Positions 36,079 through 45,996 of a DNA stretch of 56,435 nt are shown here, one piece after another; the first letter of the stretch is position 1, and each line of letters opens with the position of its first letter. The DNA comes from an uncultured Candidatus Saccharibacteria bacterium (GTDB lineage: Bacteria > Patescibacteriota > Minisyncoccia > Phycocordibacterales > Phycocordibacteraceae). The stretch is from positions 1 to 56,435 of the forward strand of contig CAZXAN010000005.1 of the NCBI GenBank assembly GCA_964638585.1, written 5' to 3'. The position numbers were made by a program, and so were the translations under genes. The notes under the pieces were generated by a model that saw only the letters and a list, made by a program, of their open reading frames with translations, made no database searches and had not been told where the DNA came from.

Positions 36079-37299
36079 ATGAATAAAATTCTCGCTCAAC
36101 CACTCTTTCCCCACTTGCGATACTGTTCGCGTTGCTGTATCCCCGAGACGCAGGAGGGAATTGCCTTTGACGAGCTCGATATCTGCCGCGCGTGCCAGTC
36201 CTCGGAACAGAAAATCCATATTAATTGGGTAGAACGCGAAAAAAGTCTTCGCAAAATATTAGAAGACGCGAAGGCAAAAGCCGGCAATAATTACGATTGC
36301 ATTATCCCAATCAGTGGTGGGAAGGACAGCACTTTTCAGCTTCATGTACTCACCAAAGTCTATGGAATGAAGCCACTCGCAGTTACTTTTAGTCATAATT
36401 GGTGGAGCGAGTCGGGGTGGTACAACTTGCAAAATGCATTGGAGACTTTCAATGTGGATCATATAGCCTTTACGCCGAACCGCGCTCTCATCAACAAACT
36501 TGCTCGCAAGTCTTTAGGAGGCATCGGTGATGTCAGCTGGCATGACCACGGCGGGGTCGGCTCGTTCCCGCTCCAGGTCGCGGTCAAATGGAAGATACCG
36601 CTTCTCATATGGGGTGAATCCGCCGCCGATTCCTCCGGTCGTGCGTCCTATGATGTGCCTGGACAAACGTTTGATAGAGATTACTTCATTAAGCATTCTG
36701 CTCGTCTGGCTGCCGAAGATATGGTTGATGGAGACATCACTGCTCAAGACATGCGTCCATTTGAAGTCCCCAGCCAGGCCGATATAGACGCGGCAGACGT
36801 CTGTGGGATACACCTCGGCGACTATCTTTTCTGGGACGATGAACGACAGACGGAGTTTTTAGAAGAGACCTACGGTTGGCGACAGACAGAAATGGAAAAT
36901 ACCTACAAACGCTACAAGAGTGTTGAGGATATTATGTCTGGCATGCATGATTTCACATGCTATCTCAAGCGCGGTTACGGACGCGCGACCGTACAGGCAT
37001 CAATGGATGTGCGCAATGGGCTTTTAACTAGAGATGAGGGCTTTGATCTAATACGCAAACACGATCCAGAGGTGCCAGAAGCGCTTGCTTATTACTTGCG
37101 CGCGACTGGCATGAGCGAGAAGGAGTTTTATAAAACAATGGAGGATATGCGAGTAGAAAAAATGCGTGGTATAGATATTCCTATTATCAAGAAGACGCAC
37201 CAAAACGCAGAGCGCATACTGCCGTTCTCCGAACAGCTTATTGAAAAGTTTAATCCCGCACACACAACCACTGCCACGGGGAGGATATTACTGCCATGA
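36079..37299 (+). CDS. N-acetyl sugar amidotransferase (WbuX/WbpG/PseA-like PP-loop ATP pyrophosphatase)
   Basis: N-terminal Cys cluster CSRCCIP...CRAC and PP-loop IPISGGKDST. Confidence 0.8.
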   Translation: MNKILAQPLFPHLRYCSRCCIPETQEGIAFDELDICRACQSSEQKIHINWVEREKSLRKILEDAKAKAGNNYDCIIPISGGKDSTFQLHVLTKVYGMKPLAVTFSHNWWSESGWYNLQNALETFNVDHIAFTPNRALINKLARKSLGGIGDVSWHDHGGVGSFPLQVAVKWKIPLLIWGESAADSSGRASYDVPGQTFDRDYFIKHSARLAAEDMVDGDITAQDMRPFEVPSQADIDAADVCGIHLGDYLFWDDERQTEFLEETYGWRQTEMENTYKRYKSVEDIMSGMHDFTCYLKRGYGRATVQASMDVRNGLLTRDEGFDLIRKHDPEVPEALAYYLRATGMSEKEFYKTMEDMRVEKMRGIDIPIIKKTHQNAERILPFSEQLIEKFNPAHTTTATGRILLP

Positions 37300-38666
37300 A
37301 TCGTCTTTTTGTTGAGAACTCCATAGGTGAAATTATACAGAAGTATGTACGCAAGGAACTTTCTCCAAAAGAGGTGGCGATAGCTACGCTCCAAAATATC
37401 GCCGAATATGATCCACAGTATTTCGCGTGGATGTCTGTGGTCGATGAGGGGTGGCCGGAGCGAGTGCAGACAGAAGCAGAGACATTCGGCATCAATCCGA
37501 ATCATTTGCTTGAATACATACCAGTCGGAGTGAAAGATATCTACAACACGCGTGATTTCCCGACTCAAATGGGCAGTCCTTTGTGGAAGGGATTTACTCC
37601 AGGCAACGATGCCCGTGCCGTATATCATCTGAAACGACACGGAGCTACTGTAGCAGGGAAGACTGTTACTGCTGAGTTTGCCGTACATGCGCTAGATAAA
37701 ACACTAAATCCATATGACATAACCAAAACACCAGGCACATCCTCTAGTGGTTCTGCTGTGGCAGTGTCGCTTGGCATGGTGCCATTGACTACAGGCTCGC
37801 AGACCGCTGGCTCAATCGTACGTCCAGCAAGTTTTTGCGGGATCTATGGGATGAAACCATCATTCGGACTTATTCCGCGCACCGGTACCTTAAAAACTAC
37901 TGACAGTCTTGACACACTTGGATTCTTTACTCTACACGCGCAGGACATGCGTCGCGGATTTGATGCTTTGCGTGTGTATGGCGAGAATTACCCAATAAGT
38001 CACACGGCGCTTAACGATTCTGTACGGCAACAAAAACCTGCAAAGAAACCGTGGCGTGTAGCGCTGGTTAAAACGCATACGTGGGAATATGCGCCTCAAT
38101 ATGCAAGAGACTCTCTATTTAGTTTTGCTGAAAAGCTCAAGGAGGCTGGCATGAGCGTAATTGAAGCTGATCTGCCAAGCGTGACCGGGAGTGCACATGA
38201 GATCCATACGACTATCTATAACAAGTCACTTTCCTACTATTTTGATAAGGAACATAAACATGCAGAATTTGTTTCGCCCATTATGAATGAGCTTATCGCA
38301 AGTGGCACTGCTATTGACAAGAAAGCGTTTGCGCAAGCGCTCGCCGAGCAGACAGAATGTATCTATACCATGGACGGTTTCTTTAAAAACTTTGATATTA
38401 TCCTCTCGCTCTCGACTGCTGGCGAGGCCCCGCCACGAGAAATTACCGAGCTCCCTGATCCAGCGCTTATGTGGACGCTCACGCATCTTCCAGTTGTGAG
38501 TGCACCAGTCTTTACCTCTCCAAACGGTCTTCCGTTTGGCCTCCAGATTGTGGCGCGCAAATATAATGACTATCTGTTGCTTGGATTTATAGAGAGTTTG
38601 CTTGCTATTTCACTCATACCTAGTGTAGCTGGCTATTGCACAAAAATGAACAAAAACAGTAACTAA
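37296..38666 (+). CDS. Amidase-signature family enzyme (GatA-like)
   Basis: VGVKDIYNT (Lys) and GTSSSGSAVAVSLGM (Ser-cisSer) signature. ATGA overlap with the amidotransferase gene. Confidence 0.8.
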   Translation: MNRLFVENSIGEIIQKYVRKELSPKEVAIATLQNIAEYDPQYFAWMSVVDEGWPERVQTEAETFGINPNHLLEYIPVGVKDIYNTRDFPTQMGSPLWKGFTPGNDARAVYHLKRHGATVAGKTVTAEFAVHALDKTLNPYDITKTPGTSSSGSAVAVSLGMVPLTTGSQTAGSIVRPASFCGIYGMKPSFGLIPRTGTLKTTDSLDTLGFFTLHAQDMRRGFDALRVYGENYPISHTALNDSVRQQKPAKKPWRVALVKTHTWEYAPQYARDSLFSFAEKLKEAGMSVIEADLPSVTGSAHEIHTTIYNKSLSYYFDKEHKHAEFVSPIMNELIASGTAIDKKAFAQALAEQTECIYTMDGFFKNFDIILSLSTAGEAPPREITELPDPALMWTLTHLPVVSAPVFTSPNGLPFGLQIVARKYNDYLLLGFIESLLAISLIPSVAGYCTKMNKNSN

Positions 38667-38714
38667 ATTATTATAATTTGAGTTATAGTCTCTACGTGTT
38701 AAAATAAAAATATT

Positions 38715-39734
38715 ATGGCTAAAACTAATGCTAAAATAAGCAAGTCTAAACACGCCTTCTTAAAGGGGAAGACTATTCTTATTACAGGCGGGACAGGCAC
38801 ATTTGGGCAAGCGCTTGTCGCACGTCTGCTTAAAGATAATCAAGTTGGCAAGGTAATAGTGTTCAGTCGGGATGAATTTAAACAGCATCATATGCAACAG
38901 AAGGTTGTAGACCCGCACAAGAAGCTACGTTTCTTTATAGGAGACGTGCGCGACCGCGACAGGTTGGAGAGGGCCTTTGGCGGTGTAGACATTGTTGTGC
39001 ACGCCGCCGCACTCAAGCAGGTACCAGCTATTGAGTACAATCCGACAGAAGCGATAAAGACGAACATAAATGGCTCACAAAACGTTATTGATGCAGCTCT
39101 AGACGCTGGCGTTAGCAAGGTTATGCTCGTCTCTTCTGACAAGGCGGTGCAACCTATCAACCTCTATGGCGCAACAAAACTCGCAGCAGAGAAACTGTTT
39201 GTGGCGGCAAACGTATATCAAGGCGGTAAATACAACTCTTCTTTCAGTGTTGTGCGTTACGGAAATGTTGTAGGTAGCAGAGGCAGTTTTGTAGAACTTC
39301 TGCGCACGCAACGCGAGACGGGCACTATCACACTCACACACGAGAAGATGACTCGCTTCTGGATAACTATTGAAAGTGTTATGGACGTTGTGCTAGAGAG
39401 CCTCTCTCTTATGCAAGGAGGCGAGATATTTGTCCCGAAGATGGGTAATATGCCAGTTGTCGATGTCGTTAAAATGCTAACACCGGAGTGCAAAATCAAA
39501 GTGACCGGCATTCGCCCAGGAGAGAAATTGCATGAAGTGCTTATTACAGAATATGAAGCGCCTCGTGCTCATGATATAGGCTATGCGTACGTTATCAAGC
39601 CAGAATTCTTGGCGTCTGCCAAAACATCGTGGATTGATAAAAAGCCATCCGTAAAATCTGATTTCATTTTCGCCAGCAATAATCCAGTCTTTCAGCTTAA
39701 AACGGAGCATGCAAAAAAGATTATTGTTTTGTAA
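38715..39734 (+). CDS. pseB: UDP-N-acetylglucosamine 4,6-dehydratase (inverting), PseB/FlaA1 type
   Basis: ILITGGTGTFGQ, VFSRDEFKQHHM and YGATKLAAEK (YxxxK). Length 339 aa. Confidence 0.8.
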   Translation: MAKTNAKISKSKHAFLKGKTILITGGTGTFGQALVARLLKDNQVGKVIVFSRDEFKQHHMQQKVVDPHKKLRFFIGDVRDRDRLERAFGGVDIVVHAAALKQVPAIEYNPTEAIKTNINGSQNVIDAALDAGVSKVMLVSSDKAVQPINLYGATKLAAEKLFVAANVYQGGKYNSSFSVVRYGNVVGSRGSFVELLRTQRETGTITLTHEKMTRFWITIESVMDVVLESLSLMQGGEIFVPKMGNMPVVDVVKMLTPECKIKVTGIRPGEKLHEVLITEYEAPRAHDIGYAYVIKPEFLASAKTSWIDKKPSVKSDFIFASNNPVFQLKTEHAKKIIVL

Positions 39735-39755
39735 AGAAGTACTCTTTATTTTTGT

Positions 39756-40769
39756 ATGGTGAAAATCAAAAAGAAATATAAAGTTGCGATTGTCGGTTGC
39801 GGGAATATTGGAGCACTTTTTGAATCGGAACCAAAACGCGAAAAGCCGGCTAGCCATGCGGGCGCAGTGGTGGCGAATAAAAGAACCGAGCTCGTTGCTC
39901 TGGTTGATACGAATGAAAAGAACCTTGCTTCTGCACACAAACTTTTTCCACGCGCTTCGTGTTACGCATCACTTTCTGAATGTTTGAAAATTGAAAAGCC
40001 GGATATAGTGAGTATCGCGACGCCGCCCACTGTTCGCCTCGCTACACTTAAAGAATGTGTGCGGTACGGAGTCTCAATGGTCGTATGCGAGAAGCCGCTT
40101 GCGACAAGTGTTAAAGAAGCGAAGCAGATTGAAGTACTTATCGCCAAAAGTGGTATGACGTTTGTCCTTAATTATCAGCGGCGTTTTTCATCACTTTTTG
40201 TGCGTGTACGTGCTGAAATAAAAAAAGGAAAATTCGGGCGGATACAACAGGTCACATGCTATTACAGCAATGGTCTATGTAACAATGGCGGGCACACCAT
40301 TGACGCGGTTGGTTTTCTGTTAGATGACGAAATTGTATCTGCTATCGGTTTGAATAATACTAAGAACAAAATGCACCCGACAGTAGATGCGAACATAGAC
40401 GCACTGTTGGTTACAAAAAGAGGCACAATAATCACATTACAGAGTTTTGATCAAAAAGAATACGGCATTCACGACATTCGAATATTTGGTACGAAGGGTA
40501 GTGCTAACTTGACGGATTATGGGATAACCCTTGTTGAGACTCCAGCCCATGAGTCACGATTTGCTGGAGTGAAGCAGCTTGATACTACCCGTGAATGCGT
40601 ATTACACTCGCCACTTAGTGCCACCAAAGACGCTCTTGCTCACGCAATTGAGTGTTATGAAAAAGACATGACATCTGCGAGTTCAGTAAGTGAAGGGTTA
40701 TCAACACTTCGCGTTCTTGATGCGATAGCTAAGAGTGCGCGACAGAACGGTAAAAAGACTCTTGTATAA
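39756..40769 (+). CDS. Gfo/Idh/MocA-family oxidoreductase (WbpB-like)
   Basis: YKVAIVGCGNIG Rossmann N-terminus and the CEKPLA motif. Confidence 0.8.
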   Translation: MVKIKKKYKVAIVGCGNIGALFESEPKREKPASHAGAVVANKRTELVALVDTNEKNLASAHKLFPRASCYASLSECLKIEKPDIVSIATPPTVRLATLKECVRYGVSMVVCEKPLATSVKEAKQIEVLIAKSGMTFVLNYQRRFSSLFVRVRAEIKKGKFGRIQQVTCYYSNGLCNNGGHTIDAVGFLLDDEIVSAIGLNNTKNKMHPTVDANIDALLVTKRGTIITLQSFDQKEYGIHDIRIFGTKGSANLTDYGITLVETPAHESRFAGVKQLDTTRECVLHSPLSATKDALAHAIECYEKDMTSASSVSEGLSTLRVLDAIAKSARQNGKKTLV

Positions 40770-40776
40770 TTACATT

Positions 40777-42051
40777 ATGAAAATCACGAAATCAAAATTG
40801 GCTATCAATGGCGGGAAACCGGTTCTCAAACGACAGTTCAAGTCGCCATATCTTATCGGTAAAAAAGAAATATCTATAGCTACAAAGCTTCTGAAAGATG
40901 GTCCGCTCTCAGATTATGTTGGTGCCCCCGGGAAATATTTCTTTGGAGGTAAGCATGTTCTCTCACTTGAATCTGCATTCGTAAAGAAGTTTAAAGTAAA
41001 GTACGCAGTGAGCTTCAATTCTGCTACTACAGCGCTCCACGGCGCCATCGTGGCGCTCGGCATCGGGCCTGGCGACGAAGTAATCATACCGCCGTACACA
41101 ATGTCGGCGACGGCGACGTCTGTTCTCATGAATGGGGCAGTGCCGATTTTCGCTGATATTGATCCGAACACTTTTTGTTTGGACGCAAGTTCTGTGGAAA
41201 AGGCGATTACCAAGCGCACCAAAGCGATTCTTGTTGTAAACCTTTTTGGTCAGATGGCAGACTTTGATAGACTCCTCATCCTATCTAAAAAATACAAACT
41301 AAAGATTATAGAAGACAATGCGCAAGCACCCGGCGCGCTCTGGCGCGGGCGTCCCGCGGGGACGGTTGGAGACATAGGTATCTTTAGCTTCAATGTTCAC
41401 AAAACAATCCAAGCAGGTGAGGGGGGCGTATTGGTAACAAATAACAAGAAGTACGCACTTCGTGCTCAATTGTGCCGAAATCACGGCGAGAATCTGGCAG
41501 GAGCCTATCCCGAAGCAGGGCTTCTTATTGGTAGCAATTACCGCATGACCGAGCTCACTGCGGCATTGTGCGAAGTACAACTCTCTCGCCTAGACTTCTT
41601 GACTAAAAAGCGACGAGCGCTCGTTGCGTATTTGACCACGTGTTTGCGTGACGTGCGCGGAATTGAGATACCTCAAGTGCCAAAAGAGAATCACCACGTA
41701 TACTACGTGTTCCCGTTTAAAATAGACGAGAAGAAACTTGGTATATCGCGTGATACACTTGTTGATGCAATGACAGCAGAAGGGTTCCCGATGTCAAAAG
41801 GGTACCTTGAGCCGTTATATCTCCTGCCGATCTTTCAGAAGAAACAGGCGTTCAATGGGACGCATTTCCCATTTGATTACGACGGGATGACACAGAAATA
41901 CACGAAAGGCATCTGTCCAGTAACCGAACGTTTGTATGAAAATGAACTTACGTGGACAATGCTTTGTCAGCACCCGCGCACAAAAAAAGATATTGATTCT
42001 TTTGTACGAGCGCTCGAGAAAATACTCGCGCACAAGAGCGAATTGCAATGA
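40777..42051 (+). CDS. DegT/DnrJ/EryC1/StrS-family aminotransferase (WbpE-like)
   Basis: AINGGKPV N-terminus, FNSATTALH, and FSFNVHKTIQAGEGG (PLP lysine). Start at ATG 40777. Confidence 0.85.
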   Translation: MKITKSKLAINGGKPVLKRQFKSPYLIGKKEISIATKLLKDGPLSDYVGAPGKYFFGGKHVLSLESAFVKKFKVKYAVSFNSATTALHGAIVALGIGPGDEVIIPPYTMSATATSVLMNGAVPIFADIDPNTFCLDASSVEKAITKRTKAILVVNLFGQMADFDRLLILSKKYKLKIIEDNAQAPGALWRGRPAGTVGDIGIFSFNVHKTIQAGEGGVLVTNNKKYALRAQLCRNHGENLAGAYPEAGLLIGSNYRMTELTAALCEVQLSRLDFLTKKRRALVAYLTTCLRDVRGIEIPQVPKENHHVYYVFPFKIDEKKLGISRDTLVDAMTAEGFPMSKGYLEPLYLLPIFQKKQAFNGTHFPFDYDGMTQKYTKGICPVTERLYENELTWTMLCQHPRTKKDIDSFVRALEKILAHKSELQ

Positions 42052-42977
42052 AAGTACTTTTCTCTGCACAAGACCCTGGCGGTAGAAACGCCATACTGCC
42101 AGTTGTTGAAATGCTAAAGGCAGATGGCGCCGAAGTCGGCGGAGATATAAAAAATCCAGATATATTTATCGCAGGGACGAGTGCCGGAGACTCTCTTGAT
42201 AAGAAAATCATGATGACGCTCGGCGATATACCAAGTCTCTACGTGCTCGATTTCTGGCTCAATTATTGGCAGAGATTTTCAACAACTGACAAAAAAGATT
42301 TTGTCTATCTGCCTTCAAAAATCTGCATCATGGATGATATCGCAAAAGAAGAAATGATTGCCGAAGGATTCCCAGCAGAACGGCTTGTGATAACTGGCAA
42401 TCCACACTTTGATCATTTTGCAGACAACATAATGAGCGAGAACGAAGACGAGAATCGCATACTTTTTATTTCACAACCACTTAGCTCTGTTGCGAGCTTG
42501 CCAGGATTCTCACAGATTCTCTATGACGAATATGCGACACTTAAAGATGTAGTTTCAGTATTAGAGACCTTGCCAAAGCAGTATTATTTGTCACTACGTC
42601 TGCACCCGAAAGAACCCGCAGATAAATATGAAGAATTTCTTGGGCCACGTGTACGTCGTGCGACAGAACCAACACTTGAGGAGGCATTGTCAGGATCAGG
42701 GCTCATAGTTGGAATATCGTCTCCTGTACTGATGCAGGCTGTGGCGGCAGGGAAAAGGGTTTTGAGTTACGAGCCGAAGATATATGGCAAGGACCCACTT
42801 GTGAGCAATCGTATGGGTGTGACCACGCGCATTGAAAGCGCTGGAGCACTATCAAGAGCATTTTCTGCGTATGCTCGTGACGAATGGCCATTTACTACGT
42901 CTCCACTAAGAGATGTGTGGCCGGCAGGCGCGACCGAACGAGTCGTTGGTGTGGTGCATTCGCTTGCGCACAGCTAG
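42048..42977 (+). CDS. Hypothetical GT-B/epimerase-like protein (candidate nucleotide-sugar hydrolase, PseG-like role)
   Basis: ERLVITGNPHFDHF motif, shared with the 33581-35479 product. Position between aminotransferase and methylase genes. ATGA overlap. Confidence 0.35.
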   Translation: MKVLFSAQDPGGRNAILPVVEMLKADGAEVGGDIKNPDIFIAGTSAGDSLDKKIMMTLGDIPSLYVLDFWLNYWQRFSTTDKKDFVYLPSKICIMDDIAKEEMIAEGFPAERLVITGNPHFDHFADNIMSENEDENRILFISQPLSSVASLPGFSQILYDEYATLKDVVSVLETLPKQYYLSLRLHPKEPADKYEEFLGPRVRRATEPTLEEALSGSGLIVGISSPVLMQAVAAGKRVLSYEPKIYGKDPLVSNRMGVTTRIESAGALSRAFSAYARDEWPFTTSPLRDVWPAGATERVVGVVHSLAHS

Positions 42978-42999
42978 TCGATAAGGCATTATCATCTTT

Positions 43000-43635
43000 A
43001 TGAAAACAACATCGCAGCAGAAATTTTGGAAGGGGAACTTCGGCAAGGGATATCTAGAGCGTAATCTATTTACTCCGACACAGCTGGACTTGAGCTACCG
43101 TTCTAAATTTGGTGTTACACGCAGTCAAATGAATAAAGAATTTCTGGGGTCTCTGCCGAGAGATATTCGCATATTAGAAGTCGGGGCCAACTTTGGAGCA
43201 CAACTTCATGCGTTGCAGAAGATTGGATTCACTAATTTGTATGGAGTTGAGATTAATCCGTCTGTGGCCGACTTTGGCAGGAAGACTGTGCGCGGAATTA
43301 ATCTAATTGATGGGAATGCCCTTGATCTGCCATTTAAAGACGGGTCGTTCGATCTGGTTTTTACCTCTGGAGTTCTTATACACATTGCACCAAAGGACCG
43401 TGCCAAGGCTATTAAAGAATTGCACCGCTGTTCAAGTAAGTATATTTGGGGATTTGAATACTTCGCAGATAAATCGCAAGAGATAATTTATCGCGGTAAT
43501 AAGAACAGGTTATGGAAGGCCAATTTCCCGGCACTTTTTCAGAAGCAATTCCCGAAACTTAAGTTGGTTAAACAGAAGTTATACAAATATAAGGGAGAGA
43601 CAAACGAGGACGTAATGTATCTCTTCAAGAAATAA
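43000..43635 (+). CDS. Class I SAM methyltransferase resembling pseudaminic-acid-biosynthesis-associated methylase
   Basis: QQKFWKGNFGKGYLERN N-terminus, ILEVGANFGAQL motif I, FDLVFTSGVLIHI. Confidence 0.6.
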   Translation: MKTTSQQKFWKGNFGKGYLERNLFTPTQLDLSYRSKFGVTRSQMNKEFLGSLPRDIRILEVGANFGAQLHALQKIGFTNLYGVEINPSVADFGRKTVRGINLIDGNALDLPFKDGSFDLVFTSGVLIHIAPKDRAKAIKELHRCSSKYIWGFEYFADKSQEIIYRGNKNRLWKANFPALFQKQFPKLKLVKQKLYKYKGETNEDVMYLFKK

Positions 43636-43649
43636 AGTAAAAATAAAGC

Positions 43650-44783
43650 ATGATTCCGTATTCTACTCAAGACATTAACGAAGCTGACATTAAAGCAGTG
43701 ACGGCTGTACTGCGCTCTGGCTGGTTGACGCAAGGGCCTTCTCTTGAACGATTTGAAAAAGCAATCGCTAAAAAAGTAGGATCGAAGTTTGCTGTCGCTT
43801 TTAACTCCGGTACTGCCGCTCTCCATTCTGCATATTTCGTCGCTGGAATAGGGAAGGGAGATGAAGTAATAGTGCCGTCGCTCACGTTTGCAGCTACTGC
43901 AAATGCTGTGCTGTATCTTGGGGCGAAGCCTGTATTTGCAGATTCTGATATTGAGACCGGCAACATGAGCGTTGCGGATACAAAGAAGAAAATAACAAAA
44001 AAGACAAAAGCGATTGTGGCTGTTGATTATGGGGGCAGACCGGCAGACCTTAGAGAGTTTAAGGCGCTCGCCAAGAAACACAAACTTGTTTTTATAGAAG
44101 ATGCTGCACAAGCGCTTGGCGCAGAATATCGCGGAAAGCCAGTAGGCGCACTCGCTGACATGACCATGTTCAGTTTTCATCCTGTTAAGTCTATTACCAC
44201 AGGCGAAGGGGGAGTTATTACCACGAATAACGAGAAATATGTACGAGCACTGCGACTGTTCCGTAGTCACGGTATCAGCAAAAACACAAAGACTTTTGCG
44301 CGTAAAAATCACGGAGCATGGTATCAAGAGATGCAAGAGCTCGGATTTAACTACCGCATGCCGGAGATGTCTGCAGCGCTTGGCGAGAGCCAGCTAAAGC
44401 GCTTAGACTCTTTCATCAGCAAGCGTCGTGATGCAGCAAAACGATATGAAAAATTATTGCGATACGTACCGAACATAATGTTGCCTATCGCCGAACGCAC
44501 GTATGAAAAATCAGCATGGCATCTCTATCCGATACGGCTTAATATGGGAATAACTCAACGGGATGAGGTATTCGCGAAGTTGCGTAAAGCGGGCATCGGC
44601 GTTCAGGTACACCACCTGCCAGTTCATACGCACTTGTATTATGAAAAGCTTGGCTACAAAAAAGGACTTTGTCCCTCGGCAGAAGCCTTTGTAGCCTCCG
44701 AAATTTCTATCCCGCTATTTCCCGGCATTACAAAAAAACAGCAAGAATTTATTGTTGAAACTTTGCAGAAAGCAATTGGATAA
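43650..44783 (+). CDS. pseC: UDP-4-amino-4,6-dideoxy-N-acetyl-beta-L-altrosamine transaminase
   Basis: MIPYSTQDINEADIKAVTAVLRSGWLTQGP N-terminus and FSFHPVKSITTGEGG (PLP lysine). Confidence 0.8.
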   Translation: MIPYSTQDINEADIKAVTAVLRSGWLTQGPSLERFEKAIAKKVGSKFAVAFNSGTAALHSAYFVAGIGKGDEVIVPSLTFAATANAVLYLGAKPVFADSDIETGNMSVADTKKKITKKTKAIVAVDYGGRPADLREFKALAKKHKLVFIEDAAQALGAEYRGKPVGALADMTMFSFHPVKSITTGEGGVITTNNEKYVRALRLFRSHGISKNTKTFARKNHGAWYQEMQELGFNYRMPEMSAALGESQLKRLDSFISKRRDAAKRYEKLLRYVPNIMLPIAERTYEKSAWHLYPIRLNMGITQRDEVFAKLRKAGIGVQVHHLPVHTHLYYEKLGYKKGLCPSAEAFVASEISIPLFPGITKKQQEFIVETLQKAIG

Positions 44784-44790
44784 AGACAAT

Positions 44791-45402
44791 ATGGCTCCAC
44801 CAGATGCAATAGTAGTGTTGTCTAGCGGGATAAAGCAGGTAGGTAGTCGTTGGGCGAGTACTGACCTTACAGAAGAAGATAATAAACAAGGAGCGCCAGG
44901 CGGTTTGCTTCGCGTTTTTGTCACAGCAATATTAAGCAACCAATATCCGTCGGCGCGAGTTGTAGCTACTGGAGGCAAAGGGTTTGACGTGCCGAAGGAC
45001 GCTCCAGAGAATCGCCCGCTTTTGTGCGAAATACTGGAAAGAGAACTTATAGAAGCAGGCGTACCGAAAGAGCGTATAGAACTTGAAGAAGTTTCAAATA
45101 ACACATATCAGCAATTACAACAGCTAGAACTGCTCACGAGAGACCGCGAATGGACTACCGTCATGATTGTTTCGAGCCGGTGGCACCTACCGCGTATTGA
45201 GGCAATGTTGGAAATTAAATTCTCAAAATTAAAAAAACTCGTTCAACTCGTTTCTGCAGAAGAAGTGCTGATAGAGAACGATCCTGCTCGTTGGGAGACT
45301 ACAATTGCTGATGCGTACGCGAGCGAGTGGCTCGCAGGGCGCATTGAGAAGGAGAATCAAGGTATAGCGCAGCTCAAAAACGGCACGTATCAATTCATAT
45401 AA
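44791..45402 (+). CDS. DUF218 (YdcF/ElyC-like) protein
   Basis: IVVLSSG...VVATGGKG...MIVSSRWHLPRI pattern. Start at ATG 44791. Confidence 0.6.
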   Translation: MAPPDAIVVLSSGIKQVGSRWASTDLTEEDNKQGAPGGLLRVFVTAILSNQYPSARVVATGGKGFDVPKDAPENRPLLCEILERELIEAGVPKERIELEEVSNNTYQQLQQLELLTRDREWTTVMIVSSRWHLPRIEAMLEIKFSKLKKLVQLVSAEEVLIENDPARWETTIADAYASEWLAGRIEKENQGIAQLKNGTYQFI

Positions 45403-45407
45403 TAATT

Positions 45408-45413
45408 TATACT
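45408..45413 (+). promoter_or_regulatory. TATACT, 7 nt upstream of ATG 45421
   Basis: Seen directly in the sequence, with no SD. Confidence 0.35.
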
Positions 45414-45420
45414 GCACGCT

Positions 45421-45996
45421 ATGAAGATACTCTTTCTTGGTTATGAAGAATCGCCCGTACTTGATTTCCTAAGAACACAAGGGGAAGTTACGAATGTTTC
45501 GCCGACCGGAGAAATACCAAATGTTACTTGCGACTATCTTGTTTCGTACGGATACAGGAAGATCGTCTCTAATAGCGTCTTAGCGCAATATCCAAACCGT
45601 TCCGTTAATCTGCATATCTCGTATTTGCCATGGAACAAGGGAGCCGACCCAAACTTCTGGTCGTGGTGGGATAACACGCCAAAGGGCGTTTCTATTATTG
45701 AAATGACGGACAAATTGGACGAGGGGAGGATTTATGCGCAAAGGGAGATTCTGTTCAGTGATGACGAGACTCTGGCCTCTTCATACTGGAAGTTACGGAA
45801 AGAGATGGAAAATTTGTTTATTGAGACATGGCCGACTTTGTGGACGATATCCCCAAGTGAGCAGGTTGGCGAAGGGAGTAATCATCGTGTTGCAGATCTT
45901 GAAGCGCTGAAAGAACGTTTGAGGACGGCAAACGGTGTGGAGATTAATTGGGATTTACCCTTGTCTTCGTTTAAGGAATTACACGAACTAACATGA
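45421..45996 (+). CDS. Formyltransferase-family protein (Formyl_trans_N-like)
   Basis: VNLHISYLPWNKGADPNFWS and MTDKLDEGRIYAQ match the N-x-H...D catalytic pattern of formyltransferases. Confidence 0.65.
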   Translation: MKILFLGYEESPVLDFLRTQGEVTNVSPTGEIPNVTCDYLVSYGYRKIVSNSVLAQYPNRSVNLHISYLPWNKGADPNFWSWWDNTPKGVSIIEMTDKLDEGRIYAQREILFSDDETLASSYWKLRKEMENLFIETWPTLWTISPSEQVGEGSNHRVADLEALKERLRTANGVEINWDLPLSSFKELHELT

